Below, piece after piece: positions 51,259-62,890 of a stretch of 64,000 bases of DNA; the first letter of the stretch is position 1, and every line of letters begins with the position of its first letter. The translations under genes and the position numbers were made by a program. The notes beneath the pieces were generated by a model. The model saw nothing but the letters and a program-made list of their open reading frames with translations, searched no databases and was not told where the DNA came from. This DNA is from Meyerozyma guilliermondii (taxonomy: Eukaryota): NCBI GenBank assembly GCA_051546255.1, contig CP128820.1:806001-870000 (forward strand). The letters run 5' to 3'.

Positions 51259-54192
51259 ATGAGCCCCAACGTGAAGGATCAAGATTCCGAAGCGAACAAC
51301 AACAGTAACGCCGAGTCAGGCCATGGTATAAAATATGAACCTCCCCGTGATGTTAATAATGGTCGCAGCAAATCAGATACTACAAGTGATATTCAAGAAA
51401 ACGAAGAAAACGACAAGAACAATAACGAAACCGAAAGCCAAGAAGTCGATGATTCGGACAACGTTTCTTCTGATGAGAGTGAACATAGTACTCCTGACGC
51501 AAGCAATAAGCGGATAATATTACAGCGTTTTACAATTTACAATTCCCTCACTACCATGTATATTGTGGGAAGTAATGCAAAGGAAAGCTTGTTCCGTGTT
51601 TTGGAGATTAACAAAGACTCAAAAGATGAAAAGAAAATCACAGCCATCGAGGATAAGAACTTTTTCTACACGAGAAAAGATATGGTAGAATTGATCAATG
51701 ACCTTAATGAGACTGTTGAAGGTGGAATTCATAAAGTGACCAGAGGTTACGGCATCATCGGACTAATTCGTTTTACGAGAGGCTATTACTTGAGCATTAT
51801 CACAAAGTGTAGCCAAGTTGCTATACTTGGCGGTCATTTTGTTTATCATATTGATGAAACCAAATTAATTCCCCTTGATATTCATTACGCGCGTCCTATA
51901 AAGTATAGCGATGAAGAGAGGCTTTTGTCGATATTCAAGTACCTTGACTTGGGGAAGACATTTTATTTTAGCTACTCTTACGATATTACCAATTCCTTGC
52001 AGACTAATTTCATGAGATATAAAGATGCTGGAAATGCGATGAGAAACACCGAGAATGCCTCAGATAATGAAACGAAACAACGAGCTACGGACGTGATCAA
52101 ACACAACGACCGATTTGTTTGGAACAAAGTGCTTTTGAAGCCTCTTGAGAGTCAAGATATAACAATTTATGAGTGGTTTCAGCCTATAATTCATGGTTTT
52201 GTTGATCAAGCAAACATATCAATCTACGGAAAAAAGATATATATCACAATAATCGCAAGACGCTCGCATCACTTTGCTGGTGCCAGGTTTTTGAAAAGAG
52301 GTGTAAACGATAAGGGAAATGTTGCCAACGAGGTGGAAACGGAGCAAATAGTTTCCGATATGATGACTACGTCTTTTCACGATCCAAAGCATGGCTATTA
52401 CAACAATCCCCGATACACAAGCTTTGTTCAACATAGGGGCTCGATTCCTTTGTACTGGTCCCAGGATTTGAACAAGCTTCCTAAGCCACCAATAGAAATA
52501 AACCTCTCGGACCCTTTTTACCAAAGCTCGGCTATCCACTTTGACAATTTGTTTCGACGATATGGACTGCCCATAATTATTTTGAATCTAATCAAAACGA
52601 AAGAGAAACACCCGAGAGAGCTGAAATTGAATCAGCATTTCAATTCTTGTATTCGCTATCTCAACCAATTTCTACCTGAAAAGAATAAGCTCCGTTATCA
52701 CTCATTTGACATGTCAAAACATTCAAAGAAAAACCTTGATGTTATCGGTCCTTTGCAGAACATTGCTGCTGATGCATTAAAGGAAACCGGCTATTTCCAT
52801 AACGGTGCGACATCAGAGGAAACCAAGCTTCAAGAAGGAGTGATCAGAACTAACTGCATCGACTGCTTGGACAGAACCAATGCAGCACAATTCATTATTT
52901 GCAAGGAGGCACTTTCGCTTCAACTAGCCAGTCTTGGTCTCATACCCAAATCTACGAGTCTTGACTACGACTCCGACTTAATCAATATATTGACGGAAAT
53001 GTTCCACGATCATGGGGATACAATAGCGGTTCAGTACGGAGGATCCAATCTAGTGAATACTATGGATTCTTATCGAAGAATAAATCAGTGGTCATCGCAT
53101 ACGCGAGATATGTTGAATAGCGTCAAGCGCATATATTCAAACTCTTTTATGGACCTGATAAGACAAGAAGCGATTAATTTGTTCTTGGGAAATTACGTAT
53201 ATGATCCAACGCAACCTAAGTTATGGGAACTACAAAATGACTTTTATCTTCATAACGAATATCAAGCGCAGGATATAAGGAAAAGAAGGAGCTATATACA
53301 TTGGTACAATGATCGCTATTTTGATCGCCCTATCTTTGTTTCCAATAGGTCACTTTTGGAAAACAAGATACCAAGTCCAGCATTCGAATACAACCCGGAG
53401 CAAAATGACAACTGGTTCAACGAATCCTACGTTCCTCGAAAGTATCAGTCGATGCTGGACCTCTTTCAATTCAACATGAACTCCAATGCACGATACTTTC
53501 CGTCCATTTCCAGTAACGAATTCGATTATAGCCCTTTCAAATCTCGAAAGCCCTATCCAAAGGGACTGAAGGCCGACCTTATAGGTTCTACAGGTGGGAA
53601 ATCTGACGGTAATGAACATGTGAAGTACTTGGATACCTGCGACACGGAAACACTAGTACCCTCGTCTGCTTCTCGACCCGCATTAGAATCGACTCACTCA
53701 AGTTCCGATTCAAATAAAAGAGGAAAAACTAACAAGAACTTTCTTCAGCATTATGCATTGAAGCATTTAATTACCAGCAAGGGAGATTACTCCAAATACG
53801 AAGGAAGCAGTTCTACAAGAGGCTCAAACACAGATCACGCTCGCCACAAATACGAGTCAGAGCAAAGATCGAAGAGTTTCTTGCGTAATCTCGAGTACCA
53901 AGAGAATTCTTACTATGTGGCATATAATAATGTGAGTTACTACCAAGCACATGTCAATAACAACAATTTTCGATCTTCAATCACAAAAGGAGATGAAGGG
54001 ACAGATTTGCAACCATCCAGAGCAAACTTGGAATCCTACAAACATACCATGAAATTTAGTACGTGTCCAACGCTACTGAGCACAAGTGAATTCAGCAGCT
54101 TAGAAAACTACTTTACTCAAATGCCGTGTATTGAGAGTCGTCCGGCGATTCCGACAAAAGAAGTAGCAATACGAGATGACTATTTTGGTTAG
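51259..54192 (+). CDS. FIG4: PI(3,5)P2 5-phosphatase Fig4
   Basis: SAC domain: RRSHHFAGARFLKRG, ANEVETEQIV, HRGSIPLYW and catalytic RTNCIDCLDRTN. Confidence 0.95.
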   Translation: MSPNVKDQDSEANNNSNAESGHGIKYEPPRDVNNGRSKSDTTSDIQENEENDKNNNETESQEVDDSDNVSSDESEHSTPDASNKRIILQRFTIYNSLTTMYIVGSNAKESLFRVLEINKDSKDEKKITAIEDKNFFYTRKDMVELINDLNETVEGGIHKVTRGYGIIGLIRFTRGYYLSIITKCSQVAILGGHFVYHIDETKLIPLDIHYARPIKYSDEERLLSIFKYLDLGKTFYFSYSYDITNSLQTNFMRYKDAGNAMRNTENASDNETKQRATDVIKHNDRFVWNKVLLKPLESQDITIYEWFQPIIHGFVDQANISIYGKKIYITIIARRSHHFAGARFLKRGVNDKGNVANEVETEQIVSDMMTTSFHDPKHGYYNNPRYTSFVQHRGSIPLYWSQDLNKLPKPPIEINLSDPFYQSSAIHFDNLFRRYGLPIIILNLIKTKEKHPRELKLNQHFNSCIRYLNQFLPEKNKLRYHSFDMSKHSKKNLDVIGPLQNIAADALKETGYFHNGATSEETKLQEGVIRTNCIDCLDRTNAAQFIICKEALSLQLASLGLIPKSTSLDYDSDLINILTEMFHDHGDTIAVQYGGSNLVNTMDSYRRINQWSSHTRDMLNSVKRIYSNSFMDLIRQEAINLFLGNYVYDPTQPKLWELQNDFYLHNEYQAQDIRKRRSYIHWYNDRYFDRPIFVSNRSLLENKIPSPAFEYNPEQNDNWFNESYVPRKYQSMLDLFQFNMNSNARYFPSISSNEFDYSPFKSRKPYPKGLKADLIGSTGGKSDGNEHVKYLDTCDTETLVPSSASRPALESTHSSSDSNKRGKTNKNFLQHYALKHLITSKGDYSKYEGSSSTRGSNTDHARHKYESEQRSKSFLRNLEYQENSYYVAYNNVSYYQAHVNNNNFRSSITKGDEGTDLQPSRANLESYKHTMKFSTCPTLLSTSEFSSLENYFTQMPCIESRPAIPTKEVAIRDDYFG

Positions 54193-56976
54193 AATATAAG
54201 TAAACAGAAACGTCCAATCTAAACACTAGCAATGTAGTGACCAAATCATACATACGTATCAAAGCGCAATACGTTCATGAACTTAGAAAAGGGGACATGG
54301 AAAACTGAATCACCATAGCAGAGTATGAGAGCCACAAACGATACGCAAACGGAGCCACAGTAAGAAAGGGCTGTTCTTATATAGATAAAATCTATTTCCC
54401 CATATGTTATAGTATCATAATCGTTAACATCTCAGAAGCAATACATGATGATCCACCATTTGAAAGGGTTGCAAGGTATCAATCAATTTCGACGGATAAA
54501 GACACCTTCATTATTACGCTACTAATACTTTCAACATCATCTATCCGCCACAGCTAGTTTATCATGAGCCTACTTACACGAATATCAAAAAAGCTTTATG
54601 CGCTACCTTATAAAATACCCAGCGTTGAATATTTCTTTCAGTATGATGACGGGGCTATTCAAGATTGAACTCAACAAAATGAATTGCCACCCAATCTTTA
54701 GAGAACTTGCTTGGAAGGCTTCTGATAGATGAAGCGCCCAAGGATTTATTAGATAAATTGCCCTATACCAAAGTATTTTTTTTTTCATACGATAAGATCT
54801 TCATACATTCAGTACCTCACACTACTAATGTAGAATATCCAAAAGAAATACAATGTAAATCTTTAGAAATGCAGGTCACTTCTTGGAACAGCAAGCAATG
54901 GGAAAACTAATAATGATGAAGTATCTGTCAAACATATCAAAGCTAAAACTCAAGTACTTAATCAGCGAACAAAAAATTTCATGTTCTATTCACAGAATCA
55001 GCTTGTCGGTACTGGTGAATAATACTCTTCCAATTGCATGATATCTTTTTCCATTTCAGGCCGACGAATTCGGCACACTTGGCTTTCATACCATAGGAAA
55101 CCAAAGAGCCCTAACCTGCTGTTTTTGCATTTGACAATAGCATATGCAATGTCTCAGCTACTGTGTTCATTATGAAAGTATTTTCCAAGCGATAGATAGT
55201 CGCCGTTGTCTGATAGCGTATTACAACACTGTAATGCAAATACTAACAAGAAAATAACTCATCTCAACCTACTACTCACCGAATTATAGGGTAACGCTGA
55301 CAATTTAATTCTACTTAACGTAAAATCAACTAAAGGCTCACTAGTCCTTGAAGCATGTATTTGTGAATAATCTGAGATCCTCCTGTCAGCTACCCTCCTT
55401 CTCGTGGTTATCATGATGCTATTAAAAGTGCTTTGCTACAAATAGTAGACTAGTGGGCTCATTCTATCCACAATATTTTTAACAAATGGTACTACCTTTC
55501 TCTCTATCGAATTATGAATGATGTATGCAATTGATTAATTGGCATCAACTATGCATGTTCGTGACCTGCGAAAGGTGGAACTTTTTCTATAGTCAAGCTA
55601 AGCAAATTGTTATAGCTAGGTTAATATGGTACTAATATTCTTCGTACCTTTCAATCGTAAATTATGTATATATTACTTGCCCATTTTGTTTATGGTACCT
55701 CTCTGTCCGAGCGGTTTATTCATGTCTACGCTAAATAATAACCTCTGCATACTATATTCATGACACTTTTTGTAATCAAATAGTATTGACCAACCACATT
55801 AACTCCTATGGTGTCTCAGAATGCTGCTACAAAGTTAAGTAGTAGCTAGTAGATGAACATTTTTCATATTCCTTAAGATACGCCACTGGTTGTCATAACT
55901 CACCATTGATGGGAATTGAAGAAGCACAGAGAATTCATCATCTCTTAATCCATCTATGTTAAATTGCATATTTTTTCAGGTCTCTTCTTTCAATGCATTC
56001 GTAGCCCTTACTAGGAAACCCATAAAAGGATTTATAAAGGAGATACCATCGGCGGTAATGATGACGATTCCAAGAAGATATATATCGTGTATCCACGAAC
56101 TAGGAATTATATACGATTGAAGAGCCACCGGTTAAACTTGCAACCTTTGTTAGGTTAATCTTGGCTGCCTTGGTAATCTAAGCTGCCACCAACATCCACT
56201 CACATGAGAAATAGTATGACACGAATGTAATAGCATCACGTCCAGGGTCCTATAGTTGACATCGATCGCACTGCCATCTTTTGTGGAAGTAGCGGAAGCA
56301 CTTGTGAACGCCTGGTTGTCCGCCTTATTATTTATGGTCCCATACTTTCATAAATCACACTTCTGTTAGTTTACTAATCCTATTCTGATAGTTCTCCACA
56401 TGTTCTTAGCTGCTTTTATTTTCCTTACCAATATATTTGGTCAAATATATCGAGCATGATGTATACATCTATGGTACTCCGCGCTATAAAATATGAACAG
56501 TCAACACTGAAATATTATCACCATAACCACCTCTACTCCTCATATTTTTAGACATAACTAGTTACTTATTACATTATAGAGGTGTATAGAGCTGTGTCAA
56601 TACTTCAAGGGTTGATTGTACGAGGAATGATTTCTTATCGATGCCTCTGTTGGGTTATCTTTTACGCAGCCAGCATCAAACGTTGATCCTAAAATTGTCT
56701 TCGGTGCTTGTTATCTTTATAGAGATGATTGATACATTCCCTTCGAATTGGATAGTCGCCTATTGTCGTGCATTATGTGTTTTGCGATGCTGCCCTGTCT
56801 GGTACAATTTTACATGCTCTGGTAGGGCGCATCCAGCCTCGATCACAAGCCAAACTCGTATTGCAGCCTGATTTGCTCGAGCTTCTTCGTTCGTGGGACT
56901 CTGGAATCTTCAGTGCCTGAAATGTGTGTTTGCTTTACGTGGCGAGTCCTCAATAATATGTGTTGCTATAAATCTT
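54193..56976. other. ~2.8-kb AT-rich gene-free interval; candidate regional centromere
   Basis: Longest intergenic region in the window, between two convergent genes, with no ORF over 76 aa. Five hand-counted 60-nt lines gave 25-40% GC. Confidence 0.45.
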
Positions 56977-58563
<1,587 letters not shown>

Positions 58564-58609
58564 TCACAGAATAAAAATTCATCTAATATAGCCATAGATC
58601 AGACAATAC

Positions 58610-58616
58610 CACGTGA
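58610..58616. promoter_or_regulatory. Cbf1 site (TCACGTG) upstream of MET3
   Basis: CACGTGA on the plus strand, 62 bp upstream of the MET3 ATG. Confidence 0.65.
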
Positions 58617-59279
58617 TCAAGTGCAACAACTACTTTTTCCCTCCACCATAGTAAGCTACCTTTTTGCCGATATACTCCTTGTACACCATCAATTGTGGAG
58701 ACCTCATTAATCTGGACATCTCTTGTAATATGAGATCGTAGCTATCTACATGAGCAGCTTACAAGTTTTAAAATTTTAGTTGTTAATATTGTAGACAATG
58801 AGTGAAAAGTTCGTAATATCCCAAACAATGCGTCAACAGGCAATCCAGTGTTTACTGCTGCTGGTGTATGTTGAAGCGTAGTGCTTTTGAAGTAGCTCTT
58901 CACTTCCCCACCAAAAACCCCCACGTTCGTGGGGGTGATCAACACATGATTCATATAGTGTTACGTAAGCTCTCACCTAGGACTATCGATTCGACCAAAT
59001 TGTTGGGCTTCAAGGTAAAAAAAAATAACATGGGTAGAGCGTGCTATGGAGAAACTGAAGAAGACATCTTCTTGGTAGACTCAAGGCTCACCCAATTTTT
59101 TTTCAGCGTGATTAATAATCGCCATTAATCTCGGCTCTCACAAACCCGTAATCGGCGAATTTTGAGCGAATTGCACGCCGCAAGCTTCTCGCGTTAAAGT
59201 TCTTATAAATACCTCATATACCTCGCAATTGCGCAAGTGTGAATAATTGCACTAAGACATTATAAAGATTAAACATAAA

Positions 59280-61023
59280 ATGGGTGCCCCAACGTAAGTT
59301 CGCTTATTTTTCGTGTGTTATATTGGACCGAGGTTGTCTAGAGCATCCGTGATTATCCGCTCGTGCGCAAAGAATTTCTATACTTCTGCCCCTCCCAGTT
59401 AGCTTCGGCAATCTATAGCTCATTGATAGGAGGAGTGAACGTGCGACGATGACGGAGGAAAAAGAACACACGCTCAGTAGACTAACCATGGTCCAACAAC
59501 ATTTGGAGTCCAATGACTGCTCACTGAAATCCAGTGTAATGAGTACTAACAAGAATAGTGGTGATATTGGTTTGATCGGTTTGGCCGTTATGGGTCAGAA
59601 TTTGATCTTGAACGCTGCTGATAATGGTTATACTGTTGTTGCTTACAACAGAACTGTTTCGAAAGTTGACCACTTTTTGGACAACGAGGCAAAGGGCAAG
59701 TCGATCATCGGTGCTCACTCCATTGAGGAATTGTGTGCCAACTTGAAGAGACCAAGAAGAATCATCTTGCTCGTGAAGGCTGGAAAGCCTGTCGATGATT
59801 TCATTGACAGTTTATTGCCTCACTTGGAAAAAGGTGATATCATTATCGATGGTGGTAACTCGCATTTCCCCGACTCAAACCGTCGTTGTACTGACTTGGA
59901 GAAGAAGGGCATTTTGTTTGTTGGCTCTGGTGTGTCAGGTGGTGAGGAAGGTGCCCGTTATGGACCATCCTTGATGCCTGGTGGCCACCCAGATGCTTGG
60001 CCCCACATCAAGGAAATTTTCCAGAGTATTGCAGCAAAGTCTGATGGTGAGCCATGCTGTGACTGGGTCGGTGATGGAGGTGCTGGTCATTACGTGAAGA
60101 TGGTGCACAATGGTATTGAATACGGTGACATGCAATTGATCTGTGAGGCTTACGATTTGATGAAGCGTGTCGGTAAGTTTTCTCACAAGGAAATTGGAGA
60201 TGTGTTCACTCAATGGAACAAGGGAGTATTGGACTCTTTCTTGATTGAAATCACTAGGGACATTATGTACTTCAATGATCCAACTGATGGTAAGCCATTA
60301 TTGGAGAAGATTTTGGACTCTGCAGGTCAAAAGGGTACTGGAAAATGGACTGCTATCAATGCTTTGGACTTAGGTATGCCTGTTACTTTGATCGGTGAGG
60401 CCGTCTTTGCTCGTTGTTTGTCTGCCTTGAAGTCTGAGAGAGTGAGAGCTTCCTCTCTTTTGACCGGTCCATCCACTGATGACTCTCCAGTCACTGACAA
60501 GAAGAAGTTTGTAGATGACTTGGAGCAAGCCTTGTATGCATCGAAGATCATTTCTTACGCTCAAGGTTTCATGTTGATCAGAGAAGCTGCCAAGGAGTAC
60601 GGCTGGAAGTTGAACAACCCAGCTATCGCCTTGATGTGGAGAGGAGGATGCATCATCAGATCTGTGTTCTTAGGAGAAATTACCTCCGCTTACCGTGAAA
60701 AGCCTGACTTGGAGAACTTGTTGTTCCATCCTTTCTTCAATGAGGCTATCACCAAGGCGCAAAAGGGTTGGAGATCCACAATCAGCAAGGCTGTTGAAGC
60801 AGGAATTCCCGTGCCTGCTTTCAGTACTGCTCTCTCTTTCTACGATGGTTACAGATCTGAAAAGTTGCCAGCTAACTTGTTGCAAGCTCAAAGAGATTAT
60901 TTCGGTGCTCATACCTTCAAGGTCTTGCCAGGCCAGGAAAACGATTTTGTCAAAGGAGACTGGATTCACGTCAACTGGACTGGAAAAGGTGGAAATGTTT
61001 CCGCATCTACCTATGATGCTTAA
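59280..61023 (+). CDS. GND1: 6-phosphogluconate dehydrogenase; exons 59280-59293 and 59559-61023 (492 aa)
   Basis: aaaATG GGT GCC CCA AC|GTAAGT...TACTAAC...TAG|T GGT GAT gives MGAPTGDIGLIGLAVMG. Also VSGGEEGA and QRDYFGAHT. Confidence 0.96.
59294..59558 (+). other. GND1 intron (265 nt) containing an in-frame PTS2-coding segment
   Basis: GTAAGT donor, TACTAAC at 59544-59550 and TAG acceptor at 59556-59558. RLTMVQQHL is encoded at 59479-59505. Confidence 0.9.
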
Positions 61024-61129
61024 GGTTTTCATGTGTAATTTGCTTTGCAATAAAGTCTAAACAGTATTCATTATAAAAAAACACATAGTAATTATTATCT
61101 CTATTGAGCACAAGATTAGTTGTGCGTGG

Positions 61130-62692
61130 TTATAATTTAGAAGGGTCCCTAGAATGCCATTCCATGATTAAGTCATCTTTGGGAAATATAGTTGCAAATA
61201 CCTTGATCTCCTCTGACAATGGTGTTTTATGGTGAATCAAGTCAGCATTCATCATATACTTACCCAACATGCCAGTGAATAACATGAGGACATAATTTTG
61301 ACCCAAACAGACATGTGGACCCGTTCCAAACACCAACCAGTTTCTATTTGTCATTTCCTTAGATGCATCATACCATCTCTCAGGAATAAACGAATCTGGG
61401 TCATCATACACTTCCGGATCATGTAAAGCTGGATACAAAGTCGGAATAAGCATAGATCCTTTAGGGGCAGAATAAGTCTCAGTGACGGGGAATTTTTGCT
61501 TAACAACGTAGGGAACCATGAGAACAGGTGGCCTGTAACGAAGCGATTCTCTAACGACGAAGTTGGTGTAGGTCATCTCATTAATTAAGTCGTAAGACAA
61601 GGGCTTAGATGGGTCATTGTCACGCACTTTAAGCTGTTCTTCACGAATTTTTTTGACGACATCTGGGCGGTCGGCTACAATCTGAAACAACCAGCAAGCC
61701 AAGGATGATGATGCATCTTGCGACGCAAAAAGAAATGTAAATATTGCCTCCGATATCTCCCTGTTGGAAAATTCACGAATCAATAATTTTGAAGCGGCAT
61801 CTTCTGAATGTTTTTCTCTTGCATCTTTCATCAAAGAAATCCATTCATCCATAATACAAGTAGGAGTGCCATTCTCCTCATTAATATGTTTTTTAGCCAT
61901 TGCAGCACAAGATTCAAAAATCTTCATGGTGTCATCGGCTATCATTTTACCATACCAAGTCTTAGTGTATGGAATAATGATGGGGAAGTTAACTAACTCC
62001 AAGGCAGCAGTAATACGATAGTAGTTGTCAGCAATCAACTTAATCTGTTCCTCAGTAATGTAGTCCCCACAAAACGTTCTCAAGGAAAGAGCACACAATA
62101 ATTCTCTAAATTCGGGGAAGAACTTGCGAGGACCATCGAAGTTCGTGAACTTTTCCAAATACTTGTCCATATACTTCTCTTGAACTGGGATATAGATCTC
62201 AAGAGCTTTCAGTCTAAACAAGCCATTTAAGGATCTTCTGTAATCGGAATGTGCCTTTCCATCTAAAAATACCCAATTCGATGGTCGCAAAATCTTAACG
62301 GCAACATCAACAACACAAGGTTTAACATATTTAGGAGAAGCCAAAATCTTTCTGGTCAAATCTCTGTCCGAGGCAATTACGACGAACTTATGAAAAATGG
62401 AAACACACGATAAAGGACCAGAGTTCCACTTGGCCATATATTCCTCGAACTTTGGGTCTAAAGATTCAAGGAATGGGCCAATTATCGGCCACATTTTGAC
62501 TCTTGGACCAGCTATGGAACCCTTACGCAACTGGTACATCACCTGGTCATAGGTAAATATCAAGACAACTGTCGTACAAAAAATCTGCACCCAAGTTAAG
62601 TTCGTGAAGACATCGTTTACGTAACTTCCGACAGTTCCGCCAATTGGCGTACTATACATATCGGTAACTTGATTGGTACTGTTAACATCCAT
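61130..62692 (-). CDS. ERG5: C-22 sterol desaturase (CYP61)
   Basis: TFLFASQDASSS, ESLRYRPPV, FIPERW and heme motif FGTGPHVCLG. Confidence 0.97.
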   Translation of the reverse strand: MDVNSTNQVTDMYSTPIGGTVGSYVNDVFTNLTWVQIFCTTVVLIFTYDQVMYQLRKGSIAGPRVKMWPIIGPFLESLDPKFEEYMAKWNSGPLSCVSIFHKFVVIASDRDLTRKILASPKYVKPCVVDVAVKILRPSNWVFLDGKAHSDYRRSLNGLFRLKALEIYIPVQEKYMDKYLEKFTNFDGPRKFFPEFRELLCALSLRTFCGDYITEEQIKLIADNYYRITAALELVNFPIIIPYTKTWYGKMIADDTMKIFESCAAMAKKHINEENGTPTCIMDEWISLMKDAREKHSEDAASKLLIREFSNREISEAIFTFLFASQDASSSLACWLFQIVADRPDVVKKIREEQLKVRDNDPSKPLSYDLINEMTYTNFVVRESLRYRPPVLMVPYVVKQKFPVTETYSAPKGSMLIPTLYPALHDPEVYDDPDSFIPERWYDASKEMTNRNWLVFGTGPHVCLGQNYVLMLFTGMLGKYMMNADLIHHKTPLSEEIKVFATIFPKDDLIMEWHSRDPSKL

Positions 62693-62795
62693 ATTGACGT
62701 AACACTAAATCCGAAGGTACCGCGTGAATGGTGGTAAAAGAAAGGGTGAGAATAAGAAAAACAATTATAAGGCCACAAAAAAACTTATCCGAGAG

Positions 62796-62809
62796 TATAC
62801 GATCGTATA
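62796..62809. promoter_or_regulatory. Palindromic double sterol response element TATACGATCGTATA upstream of ERG5
   Basis: Two abutting inverted TCGTATA (Upc2) sites. Confidence 0.7.
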
Positions 62810-62890
62810 AAATAGTCACGACATTTTAAAATGTCGCGCAGACGAGAATTTTTTTTGGGATGCCGCACTGCATTGGTTGCAACAGCATTT

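Noticed and set aside
54707..54910. 67-aa ORF with LLIDEA, resembling a helicase Walker B motif
   Set aside because: Non-ATG start, short, and no Walker A or other motif nearby. A tBLASTx/HMM search would be needed to exclude a decayed gene.
55241..55250. TACTAACAAG branch-point-like sequence in the gene-free interval
   Set aside because: I found no matching donor with a coding exon; it can arise by chance in AT-rich DNA.
59449..59558. ORF-track start at 59449 as the main GND1 start
   Set aside because: A canonical intron and upstream exon 1 give the normal N-terminus. 59449 is kept only as a possible minor isoform start.
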